Shown: positions 27,236-39,650 of the stretch, piece after piece
Layout of the letters: every line of letters begins with the position of its first letter
Numbering within the stretch: the stretch's first letter is position 1
Assembly (NCBI GenBank): GCA_010909165.1
Contig: MU008168.1
Span: forward strand, 1,240,001 to 1,304,000
DNA from: Anthoceros angustus
Lineage: Eukaryota > Plantae > Anthocerotophyta
DNA: 64,000 nucleotides
Direction of reading: 5' to 3'
Notes under the pieces: model-generated
Database searches by the model: none
Told to the model about the DNA's origin: nothing
Seen by the model: only the letters and a program-made list of their open reading frames with translations
Position numbers and translations under genes: made by a program

Positions 27236-29239
27236 TCACAAACCAACAACATCCATGGCCCATGGGCATCCGCTAAGTTGCCAAATTCGTCCTTGGGTCA
27301 CGAATTATAACCGCCTATATATGCTAAGTATGGGGACATGCCAACCGAACAAAAGACGAGGTGTGTGCGCCGGAAAGACAAGATGGCTAGGTGCGAGCCA
27401 TGACACCGACACACCGACAACACCATTCACCCATGGGCATCCGAAAGCATGCGCCAAAATTCCCCTTCTCACGAGAAGGCGTCAAATCCGGCTATATATG
27501 TGAAGCACGGGACATGGCGCTGGAACAGTAGGTGAGTGCGCGACGCAAGGGCGCATCTGGCCGGAGCCGTGGCACGCATGGCTCGCACACTTGACATCGG
27601 TAAAACCACCGCCCGGACGTGTTGTTATGTGGCATGGCATGTTGAACGCGGGCCATGACGGCATGAATGACCATACAACATCCTTGGCACATGGGCATCC
27701 GAGCATTGTTACCAATCGTCCTTGGTCAAGTATTGCAAATTGTGCATGGGCTATGAACATGGGAGCTTCTCAAAGAGGTGACGGTGTCCAAAAGAGCATG
27801 GGGCATGCCATAAGCGGACATGGGTATTCGGGAGGCGATGGAGGTGCGCGGAAACATGGCATCGTGGCAAGGAGCCGTGGCATGTCCTTTCATTTACGCC
27901 TCCCTCCCTCCGTCACCACAAGGTTACCACCTTCGAAAACCCATATCGCCACTCGCAGCTTGCACTCGCTTGTCGTTAGGTCTGCCTAGGCGTAGCCGAT
28001 TGGCGTGGTTCGGCTATGGTTTGGGACGTGGATCAAGATTTGGCCGAGGCGCGCTTAAGCCTACAACCCGCTACCATAACCCGTGACTTGGATGGCGATG
28101 CGTGAAAGTGGAGCGGAAAGAGGACGGAGGGCCTTACGCTGCGCCTCCGGAGAGGCAAGGTTTGGAAAATGGAGAGGACGCGAGCGCCGCATGGTCAAGT
28201 GGAATTGACAACGGCCTCGGACGCCAAAGCCGAGGAACCGAGGCAAGCGGGCGGCTGCCCGCAGCGGGAGTGGATGCCGGGAGGGTCCTTCCGTGGAGCC
28301 GAATGGAGGCATGGAGGGGCTCGGGAGGGGAGTGCACCGTGGAAGGTGTTGTGGCGAGGAGGAGGCAGCGCAACCTCCTCATTCCGTCTGTCTCCAAGAG
28401 GTGGGCAGCTAACGGTGGAGCTTGTGGGTGCAGGGGACGACCTGCCTGACGCAGACGCGGACTTTGAAAGGGCCCTCCACGCTGTTGAAGAGTACGAAAT
28501 TGCCCGAGGTGCAGACGCGGCGGACCGCTGTGGGCATGTGGAGGACGACGGAGGTCTTGCCGAGGACGCGCACCTCCTGGATGGCGGGAGGGAGAATCGG
28601 GCTCTTCTAGAAGAGCTTATTTTTGGTGACCATGGAGGACTCAAGGAGCGGGCGGAGGGTCTTTCAAGGGCAGCAAAGTGCCTTTGGAGTTGATATTGCT
28701 TCAGCCCAGGAGGAAGAGGAGGGAGGCCACGAAACACCCGCATGGGTCGAGAGAGGCCTGGCGACGAGACACCACCGGCACGAGGATGGTGAAAGCGGAG
28801 GAGGCGTGGGAGTGGAAATGGCTGGTGAAGAGGTGGACGAGGACCTACCGGCAAACATTGGAGAGATAGGGGAGCCGAGAAAAGTTGGCGGTAAGCCACT
28901 GACGACATCATTGCCGTGTTGTGCAAGCATGGTCGGGGGTTTACATGGCCGTGAGCCGCCTGTGTGATGGAGGGTGGGTGGAGAATGAAGATGAGGAGGA
29001 AGAGCCCATCGACGAGGAGGGACGGTCCGGAAGGCCTTCCAGCGTGTTGGAGCTAGTGCCAAGATGCGCTTGATGGTACCATGGTCCAGCCACAGAGACT
29101 TTGAGGGATGATTGGTGAGGAAGGTAGAGTACGAGTTCCCTAGTGTAGATCGCGAGGATATCGTGTCCAGTTTGCGGGGGCTTCATGGACAAGAAACCAC
29201 AACGCGTTGGCAAGAAGGTGCACAGTCATGCGGAGGGAG

Positions 29240-32200
29240 AAGGAAAAGATGCGAAATGGCTGCACCCTCCGAACGCCGACCAAGGCGTGGAGACGTGGAG
29301 CAAGCGGTAACGCTGCACAAGCACGGTGGTGTGGCCAACCCACAACAAGCAGAACTCACGACTTAAAAGCACGAGCATGGGACCAATCCATTTGGTCCCA
29401 TGGGAGCAAAAGAGTTCGAGAGAAGGTATGTTCAGCGGTGGGGAAGGAGCGCAGACAAGAGTTGAAATGGGCTGCAAACATGGATTGGAGAGCATGCGGG
29501 ACTCCGGAGTGGTATGGCGATAGATCGGGGCCTTGGTTGAATAGCTAGGTGGTCAAAAAGTGCGCATGTAGGACATGAAGGCGTGAGCGAATCGATGTGT
29601 GTGCATGGCTGCAGTCGAAGGAGAAGGAAAATAATGTGCGGTGAAGGGCACGAAAGATGGAAGGAACCATAGCATGTCCCGAGGGGAAGGGAAGGGAAGG
29701 TGGAACGAGGAGGGCATCACACTGTGATGTCGGAGGCGTGGGGATGGTGTGGAAGGTGGAGGTGAGTGTGTTGCCACCCACAAGGCGAATCACAAGATCC
29801 GCTCCAAAAGTGTGAGTTTGGTGGCAATGGCGGCGGATGAATTGAATGCATTTTGCCTAGTGTAACATGCACGGTGAATATGCAGCCTATGGGGCCGGAG
29901 TGCAAGGCGAAGCGTGGAGGTTAGTGGCTCGAATGCCGCCAGGGTCGACATGAGGAGAAAGCAGGAGGTGCTAGGCCAAAAGGGTCGTGCAAAAGAGCGC
30001 TATTGAAGATGCAGAGGAGTCGACTCGACGCCAAGAGTCAGAGGTGCCGCCACATGTGTGGTATGTGCAAGTCCATGTCCGCAATAAGCTCGGATTGATT
30101 TGTGGACGCTGTGGATTTTGATGCCGCCTTTCTTGCGAGCAAAGGGGAGCAACGGCAAATGAAACACCGGGCAAGCGCAGAGGACATTCAAACCGCCATC
30201 GCAGTAACGTGGCTGGTGGAGGGGAGTGCTGCGATGAACTTGTACACGCTGTAGTGCCGAGGACGGGTGCTGGTCAACAGGATGAAGGGAGATCGGCCTC
30301 ATAGCACCGCCACACATGTAGAGCGGCATTCCATAGTTGTAGCGTTTACATTGTCCTTCGATATGTTTTAGCGTTGTGGAATGAACCCGAAAACTATGGC
30401 ATATGTGCAAGCACATGTTCGTATGCGAAGTCTAGATAGGAAAACGCACAAATGGGGCGTTTGAAGAAACGTAATGCATGTGTCGCATTTGGTGGTAAAT
30501 GTGATGAGGTATTTATTAATCTATGAGGTGTATACTTATAACTATGGCATGGTTAGATATCTATGAATTTGTACCTATACATAAAGAGTATGTATTCATA
30601 TATATATATATATATATATTAGTCCATGTATGTAGGATTATAATACATCGGCCCGCCAACCGTATATATAAATGGACATATAAATAATGTAGAATCCTAT
30701 ACATAATTAGGCGAAAGGGTTTCAAATTGTGTATATGGGGCTTGAAAAGAAAACCGTGTGTGGACATAGGGTGCATTGAAGAGGGAAGATGGAAAGAGAA
30801 TGATACCTACGTGGGAGAGAGATAGAGTTCTGTAATTGCTATGTAGGAAAAGCAAGAAGGCAAGAATAAAATACGGTGGAGAGGGAGCTCATTGTCACAA
30901 TCATATGCAACACAAAGAGGGAAACAATAAAGAAATGGGTGTCATCTGAGCATTAACTAGGAGTGTGAGGTGAAAGGAGACCAGAGCATGTTGTTAAGAT
31001 GGTAAGAGAAAGTGGAAAACAAAATCACAAACTTAACACCAAACCAACAAACTTGATGATAAGCTCTTAATGGCGAGGTGTAAGGTAGAGACCACTTGCA
31101 TGTTGTTAAGATGGTGAGAGAAGGTGGAGGAAAATCACAAACTTAACACCAAGCCACCTAACTTTTGGGTGTACCACATGGAAAGTGTTACATGAAATTG
31201 TAACAACAAGGACTATAACATAAGCAAGTTTTCATTGTATATGTTTGAAATCATAAACAATGCTAGCGAGAGGATGTTGTACTTAGGAGGGTGAGGTGAT
31301 GAGAGAGAGCCAGTTCATGTTAAGATGGTGAGATGAGAAGGGAAAGATGCGAAATGGCACCCTCCGACGTCGGCCAAGGCGTGGAGGCGGGGCATGGAGC
31401 AAGCGGTGCGTTGCACAAGCACGGTGGTGTGGCCAACCCCACAACAAGCAACCCATTTCGACTTGCAAAGCACGAGCATGGGACCAATCCATTTGGTCCC
31501 ATGGGAACAAAAGTTCGAGAAGGTATGTTCAGCGTGTGGGGAAGGGCGCAGCACAAGAGTTGAAATGGGCTGCGAAACATGGATTGGAGAGCATGCGGGA
31601 CTCTTGGAGTGGTATGGCGATAGATCGGGGCCTTGGTTGAATAGCTATGGTCAAAAAGTGCATGTAGGACATGAAGGGCTGAGCGATGGCGATGTGTGCA
31701 TGGCTGCGGTCGAAGGAGAAGGAAAATAATGTGCGGTGAAGGGCACGAAAGATGGAAGGAACCATAGCATGTCCCGAGGGGAAGGGAAGGGAAGGTGGAA
31801 CGAGGAGGCATCACACTCGTGATGTCGGAGGCGTGGGGATGGTGTGGAAGGTGGAGCGTGAGTGTGTTGCCACCCACAAGGCGAATCACAAGATCTCTCC
31901 AAAAGTGTGAGTTTGGTGGCAATGGCGGCGGGATGAATTGAATGCGATCATTTTGCCTAACGTTCTTGCACGGTGAATATGCAGCCTATGGGGCCGAGTG
32001 CAAGGCGAGCGTGGAGGTTAGTGGCTCGAATGCCGGCGCTCAAAGGGTCGACATGAGCGGGAGAAAGCAGGCGGGAGGTGCTAGGCCAAAAGGTCGACAA
32101 AGGCAGCGGCTATTGAAGATGCAGTCGAGACTCGGATGACGCCAGAAAGTAGCTGCCGACACATGTGGTATGTGCAAGTCCATGTCGGCAATAAGCGGAT

Positions 32201-34263
32201 TGATTTGTCTTGTGGGCGTGATTTTGATGCGGTTCCTTTCTTCGGTTGTGCAAAGCGGGAGCAACGGCAAATGAAACACGCACCGGGCAAGCGCATGAGG
32301 ACATTCACCGCGCCGCGCATGCGTGGTGGTGGAGGGGAGTGGGCGATAGACAACTTGCGCCCTTGGTAGTGCGTCGAGGCTGGTCGATCCGAGCGGATGA
32401 AGGAGATCGGCCTCATAGCACCGCCACACATGTAGGCGGGCATTCCATAGTTCGTAGCGTTTACATTGTCCTTCGATATGTTTTAGCTTGTGGAATGAAC
32501 CCACTATGGCATATCGCAAGCCGCATGTTAAATATCTGGGAAGTCTAGATAGGAAAAGCACAAATGGGGCGTTTGAAGAAACGTAATGCGCGTGTCGCAT
32601 TTGGTGGTAAATGTGATGAGGTATTTATTAATCTATGAGGTGTATACTTATAACTATGGCATGGTTAGATATCTATGAATTTGTACCTATACATAAAGAG
32701 TATGTATTCAATATATATATATATATATACGTGTTTCATCATATATGTAGGATTATACAATACACGCCAACCGTATATATAAATGGACATATAAATAATG
32801 TAGAATCCTACATACATAATTAGGTAACAAGGGTTTCAATATGGGGCTTGAAAAGAAAACCGGTGTGGACATAGGGTGCATTGAAGAGGGAAGATGGAAA
32901 GAGAATGATACCTCGAGGAGAGATAGAGTTCTTGGTGCTATGTAGGAAAAGCAAGATAGAAGGCACAAGTCATGGAAACCAACATACAACGATTTGCATC
33001 AATCGCCTTGAAAACCTTATTCCAAAAGTTTTACTTACGCTATCGACGATAGCATTTCAAATCCTCCACCAGTTTGAAGGATCGACTTGCTTTGGAAGCC
33101 ATGTAGGCGACCTCATAAGCCTTGTACATGGTTTCATCTTCGCTTATCCGATCAAATACCAAAGGCTTTGTTGTGCACAAGATCTCAAACACATGTGCTC
33201 GCCCATCCATATCCACACGCCCATAGAACCCAGCCCCTTGCTCTCTCGGTTTGGCAAGGCCCCTTGAACCCTACGACCAGTTTCAATAGAGGAGTCCAAA
33301 ATTGTTCTCTCCTCAAGGCTCCTCATCCTGTGTCAACATCCGTCCTTCTCGAGCGAGCAGTGGCCTCCACCTTGCTCCCCAACCGACGTATGGCAACAGT
33401 ATCCTCATAGTTAAATGGCGTTGGAATAGGCGCTGGCACTGATTGCCTGTGGGGTCTCTTCCCTCGGTCTCCTCCCTGCGCAGCCTTCTCCTTCGTTGTG
33501 CTGGCCTTCCCAGATGTTAGGCTGCCCGATTTCCCATGCCCAATTGACAAATTACCTCCAGGGCTGGTGCTTGATGGCCTGGGTTGTATCTGCGCCCCTC
33601 CACCGGAGGTAGGCCGCGTGCCTTCTCCGACATCCACACCAAATTCCGCCGCATCCTTCTTCTTCTGCTGGCAGGATTTCTTGGTTTTGGGCATCGGGTC
33701 GATGTGCCTCGTTCTCCACGTTCCTTCCTGCCGTCTTCCGCTTGCCATCCTCAAGAGATTAGATACAATCCATAGGAAGCCAATTCAAAGAAGGAAGAAT
33801 AAAATCGGTGGGAGGGAGCTCATTGTCACAATCATATGGCAACACAAAGAGGAAACAATAAAGAAATGGGTGTCATCCTGGAGCATTAACTAGGAGTGTG
33901 AGGTGAAAGGAGACCAAGAGCATGTTGTTAAGATGGTAAGAGAAAGTGGAAAACAAAATCACAAACTTAACACCAAACCAACAAACTTGATGATAAGCTC
34001 TTAATGGCGAGGTGTAAGGTCGAGACCACTTGCATGTTGTTAAGATGGTGAGAGAAGGTGGAGGGAAAATCACAAACTTAACACCAAGCCACCTAACTTT
34101 TGGGTGTACCACATGGAAAGTGTTACATGAAATTGTAACAAAGGACTATAACATAAGCAAGTTTTCATTGTATATGTTTGAAATCATAAACAATGCTAGC
34201 GAGAGGGATGTTGTACTTAGGAGGGTGAGGTGATGAGAGAGAGCCGGTTCATGTTAAGATGGT
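29240..34263. repeat. Segmental duplications inside the CACTA element (29240-30850 ~ 31340-32955; 30860-31330 ~ 33795-34263)
   Basis: Collinear near-identical blocks; for example AAAGATGCGAAATGG at ~29245 and ~31343, and GAGGGAGCTCATTGTCACAATCATATG at 30881 and 33812. Confidence 0.9.
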
Positions 34264-34378
34264 GACGGCATGAGAAGGAATAGTGTCAATCTTAATACCA
34301 AGCCTAAATAGCATGTTGCAATTTGGAAGTGTTACATGAAATTGCAATAAGTAACATAGGCTGCCTTTTCTAGTAGGG

Positions 34379-34950
34379 CCCCGGTGGAGCCTCGCTATGT
34401 GGCGGTATGCCACATTCTTGGCGTGCCCACCATGCCTTGCTCTCCACTCGAGTCCCTGTCTCCATACTCTCGGATCGGGCGGACCACGGAGGTGCCTCAA
34501 TAGAACCCCGCGCCGCCCACACACCGTCTCTTCCGCATAATTGCAAGGCGCAATCGGGCGCCGGCGGCGCCCCCACCTTGTGTGCCGGAACCCGAAACCG
34601 GTTGGGGTCAGGTGTAAGCAGTCTCCGGCCTCCTACTCGCGGGGAGGCGCGGCCGGCCGGCCTCCCTCCTCTGGCGGATACCACCACTTTGGGTACCTCC
34701 ATGGAGGCAGGAAAAGGAATGTCCGACAGCATCCCTTCCATCCTCTGCCTCACGAAAGTCGTCATCGTCGGAGTGGCCAGGGCGTCGGGTATACACCCAT
34801 CCTCCTCATCGGATGGGCCGAGCTCACTAGGCTGCGCTCGGCCCGGTGAGCCCGTCATGCACGATACAGCCGAGTGGGCTCGACTCGTCGTTGTGACATT
34901 TCCCTCCTATCTTTGGATGGCGGATTCGGTAATCTTCCGCATATAGTGTG
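34379..34950 (-). pseudogene. 5' low-complexity part of the ParB-methyltransferase gene, separated by the CACTA insertion
   Basis: ORF 34370-34858 reads ...HSEAPPG up to the TIR. Joined to 15801 it continues in frame as KRKKKSVKESE*SPPENIAIAHVRTDEERLEDA. Confidence 0.7.
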
Positions 34951-37049
34951 TCGATTGCTCTAGCTTGAGCATCACGCAAAACAGAAAAAGGATTGAGGAA
35001 AAGCGCAAGATAGAAGGCACAAGTCATGGAAACCAACATACAACGATTTGCATCAAGCTTGAAAACCTTATTCCAAAGTTTTACTTATTGGTGACGATAG
35101 CATTTGAAATCCTCCACGAGTTTGAAGGCACTTCTTGCTTTGGAAGCCATGTAGGTGACCTCATAAGCCTTGTACATGGTTTCATCTTCGCTTATCCGAT
35201 CAAATACCAAAGGCTTTGTTGTGCATGTCAAACACAGGCTCGTCCATCCATATCCACGATCGCCCAGAAGCCCTTGCTCTGGTTTTGGCAAGGCCCCTTG
35301 AACCCTCGACCCACGGTTTCAATAGAGGAGTCCAAAATTGTTCTCCTCAAGGCTCCTCATCCGTGTCAACATCCGTCCTTCTCGAGCGAGCAGTGGCCTC
35401 CACCTTGCTCCCCAACCCGTGTAGCAACTATCCTCATAGTTAAATGGCGTTGGAATAGGCGCTTGCACGTGGGGTCTCTTCCTCGGTCTCCTCCTGCAGC
35501 CTTCTCCTTCGTTGTCTTGGCCTTCCGGATGTTAGGCTGCCCGATTTCCCATGCCCAATTGACAAATTACCTCCAGGCTGGTGCTTGATGGCCTGGGTTG
35601 TATCGCCCTCCAGGAGGTAGGCGCGTGCCTTCTCCGACATCCACCATTCCGCGCCGCATCCTTCTTCTTCTTTGGGCGGGATTTCTTGGTTTTGGGCATC
35701 GGGTCGGATGTTGCCTCACGGTTCTCCACGTTCCTTCCTACTTTCTTCCGCTTGCCATCCTCAAGAGATTAGATACAATCGCCATAGGAAGCCGGCAATT
35801 CAAAGAAGGAATCGGTCGCACAACTTGAAGGAAATTTGCGAGCAGAAGGGGAGGGCCATACCGACTATGAATCGCGGAAGAGGAAATGGCGGAGGATCGC
35901 GCCGTGGAGAAGTCGCGTCTTTGGGAGCAGCGCCAAAAGTCCTTCGCTCGAGTTGATCTTCAGGCGGCCGCCACCGCTCCGTCTGGCTGGAAGAACTTGC
36001 TCGCTCTCTCGGGTTACTCTCCACTTCGAACTAAAAGTATGACGCCCCGTTCGGGTCACGTCATACACATGTCTTGGCAACCCTAACCATAAATGTCAAT
36101 TAAGGAAATGCTTACATGGAAAACCATTTATAGGACCCTAAGTCAAAAGCCGCATATGAACCCCAATGCCGAGAAAACAATGAAGAGGCGGTGTGCCTCG
36201 CCGCCAAGTTCTACCGGTGAAGATCTTTCGGTTTATTTGCTCATAATGGCATTTCCACCTTACCTTGATCCGATGCCTATGTCATGTCATACCACGCTCT
36301 GTGAAGAGTGAGGACCATATTTCCAGACGATAGAGGTGCGGAGTCCTCAGGCCGGCGACAATGTTGCGCGCCACACACACATCAGTTGTCGAAGAGGTCA
36401 GAGTTTTTCGTCCACAAAGTTCATTCCTCACTTCGTTTGTGCGATCAAGGGGGAACATGTACTTGAGAACAAGTGTTGGGTTTGCATCGCTCTCCGTCTC
36501 TCATCCATGTAATGACCGACATTGATGTTGTCGCGGCAGGAGCGATGTGGAGGAAGAGGGTCTTTGATTTCCGGATGGTAGGTGACTCTCTTGTGAGGAG
36601 CCGAAGGATGGTCAGATTGAATGGGGCCCCGGCCTTCCGATCATGAGCAACGGCGAGTCCGAACTCCGGAAGGTTAGTTTGCCTTCAACAAGAAAGCGAC
36701 TTGTTTGCGGTGAAGACAATGTTGTGGCGAATAGTCCACCCCATCCGTGGCGGATTCCATCTCATGCACACACAGTGGTATTGCGGTAATGCTCGTCGCC
36801 ATCGACAAGCGTCCTCTCCCGCATTCGCGTGGGGTGCCCATGACCCCGAACTTGAACTTATATCGCCATTGATGGGAATCCGCATCCGAGCGAAGACACC
36901 GGGAAGGAAGGGAGATGGGGTGCGAGAATCCCGTCGTGGTTTGTTCCGCCAAGGAGCGATGTGCGAGGATGACGCAGGGGTGAGTTCTTCCACAAGCAAA
37001 TGATCCGTGGGGTGAGGATGGGGATGATGACTTTGTTCACCCTCCTCCG

Positions 37050-39650
37050 GCTGGTGCATCTGGAACATTCCATCCCAAGCCTTTAAGTGAGACATTGATG
37101 ACAACAAAGCTTTCTGGCGGACAAGCGCAGCGGCGACGGGCAGCGGGGGTGTCTTTGCAAAAATGTGAACTGGAGAAGGTGACGGCAGACTTTCTTAAAC
37201 CGTGTTGCAACCAAATGTGCATGCATAGGTTGACCAAGCAAGGCCTTCAGGAGCAACGATATAGGTTCCTCACAATGTGCAAGAGCAAGAGCGAGACATT
37301 TCTTCAAAGCCTCGTACATCGGGACCCGAGTCAAACTAACAAAGAAAGAGTTTTTACGCATGTTATGGGATCGGTTCCTGCTTGTGAAGGCCTTCAAGAG
37401 TATATTGTATGGGGCACAGGCTCGAGGCGAAAGGGAGGGTCATGAGGAATGCCCGTGGGATAGTGTTCGAACCAACCCAATTCATAAGTCCGTCATGCAC
37501 TTGGTGCTCTAGCGTGGATGGATAATGCTTTTTTTTCATGGTGAAAAGACTTCAACGTGCGGTGTATAACACGACACCTATACAAAGCGGAGATATGGTC
37601 ATTGTACAAACGGCGGTGTCAAAGCTCGTGCGGTTTGTGACGTCTGGCGTGGTTTTGAAGTTATGGAAATCTAACTTCAGAGTGAAGATTCCCAAATCCA
37701 ACAGTTCTCGACACGCTCAATATGCAGGTTAAAGACCACCATTCGAATACAACTCGGAAGGTTGATCAAGGTAGATATCACTCTACCACTAGTACAACCC
37801 ATCTGCCGGTGGGAGGAGTTTTTCGTGTTCATCCCATAGTTCGCCGAATGAGCGGTGGTATGCGGATGGTTCTGAGTGTCGGCGGGTGGCGCCCGGCCGC
37901 GCCCACCGGATGACCGTTGCGAAGTTGCAGTACCATGTTTGAAACTCGCAGTCCTTGTTCATGGATGGCCCCAGGTTGTAGGTTTGATTGGTCGAGTTGT
38001 AGGGGCCGGGGCCGGGCGCCGCTGCCCCTCTCCACCTTCAAACTCGCCAACCATAATATATGACCTAGAAGGTGGACGTTTGTAGATTTTAGATTGGGGA
38101 AGATGGTAAATGTATGTGTGAAGAGGTGATAGTCCACGACATCGGTTTGTTGTATGCAATGGGTTTCATGGATTGTCTTCGCTTGTGGTGTGGAAGAAGC
38201 GTGTTTGTATGTGTGAAATTGGGAACGTGAAAACTTGGAAGGATGTGACACTTGGAACGTGTTTGGTGCGAGAAAAATATCGGGCGCGTTAGAGGCACAC
38301 AGCGTCTGCAGGAGGAGCGGGAAAAATGGCAAAACACCGTGAAAAGAGTTACAGGGCGGATAAGTACATGCTCCTCGCTATAGGCGGAATGGACCAAGAA
38401 GACCGAGATTCCACACTCTGCGTTGGCCAAAGAATCTTGATGAGGACCGTGTATACGTGGTGGGTTGCATGATCCACAATTATACGTCTCGCAAGAGTGT
38501 TTTTGCACTATGCCAATTTGAGGAACGATGCGAATCGACAATCGATTATTCAAGATGTTATTCTTAATTATAAAGGAGTGCTACCCAAAGTGCTCTATTT
38601 GCAGCTTGACAACACTTGCCGGAAAACAAGAACCAGCTGTTGTTTGCGTGTTGAACATGCTAGTTGATATGGGAACTTTTCAAGGTGAAGGTTGGGTTCC
38701 TCCTTGTTGGGCACACTCACGACCAAATCGACCAAATGTTCTCTTGCTTTTCCAAAAGCTTGAAGCACAAGGAGGCACACACTCTTCCGCGTTGGCCGAC
38801 ATCTTGGTTCATGCATACACGCCTACACGGAGATCAAAGTTTTGCGGAGGTCCGGACTTGGTCATATGTATGGCCGATTAGACAAGGCGATGGTCGCCAG
38901 CATATTCATCGGCGGTGAGAAAATTGAACAACTTATCTTTCCAGCACCGGTTTAAAATCACCGAGAAGACAAACCCGACTGGGGATGGCGATGGAGCAAG
39001 CAATATTCGACATCGATGTATTGGGAAACCGGCCGGGTTGGAGTTTTTGAAATTTGTCCCTCAACGACACAGACGCGGTGTCGGCCCTCGGGCTCGAGAC
39101 AAGAAAGGGACGTCGGCGGGGTTATCTCCGGAAGGAGTGGCACATTTGAGGCGGTGCAGCCGGGCTGCGGCCATATGTGGGGACGAGAATATGGATGGTG
39201 GGAAGCATTGGGTGGACCAAGAAGAAATCGCAATAATCGTGGAGAACAACATTGGGCTCGCACTAGAAGTGCCGTGGAAATGGTTCTCGGGCGTCGGAAG
39301 AAACAGACCACTCCAAGTTCCCGATGAAGCTATCCTAGAGGAGGCGTTGCTAAGAGAACTCCCCAACGGATATGTACTTGGGGCCTTACGGTTGGGAAGC
39401 GGCGGGAAATAACGCGTTGCATGGAGATGTAAAAGACATAAAGGAAGGATGTTCATCGAGTACCTTGTACGATATAATCGGCCTTTGGATTGGGAAAGTT
39501 AATCGGTGAGGTTGGATGTGGAAGAGCCTCATTTCACAGTTCCTGATGCAGATGAGCACAGATGCATATGAAGGCGATACGTGGAAGAATATGTGATTCG
39601 GACCCTTCCAAGAGACTGGGATTGGAAGGAAAAAGGGTGGGAAGGCAAAT
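37050..39650 (+). pseudogene. Sola1/DUF7869-like DDE transposase, frameshifted
   Basis: KPCCNQMCMH (N-terminal Cys cluster); LWKSNFRVKIPKSNS; IGGMDQ/KTEIPH (~38385); LYLQLDNTC/ENKNQ (~38600); KVKVGFLLVGHTHDQIDQMFSCFSKSLK (~38690-38770); C-terminal LWIGKV. Confidence 0.8.

Larger units (their letters stand above)
15804..34378 (-). mobile_element. CACTA/EnSpm (CMC) transposon with CCCTA termini, 18.6 kb, nested in the methyltransferase gene
   Basis: Left end CCCTACTAGAAAAACAGCCTATGTTAC at 15804; right end GTAACATAGGCTGCCTTTTCTAGTAGGG ending at 34378. CC flanks both sides (2-bp TSD). TGTAACA/TGTTACA subterminal repeats occur at both ends, and there is an internal TnpD-like transposase. Confidence 0.88.
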
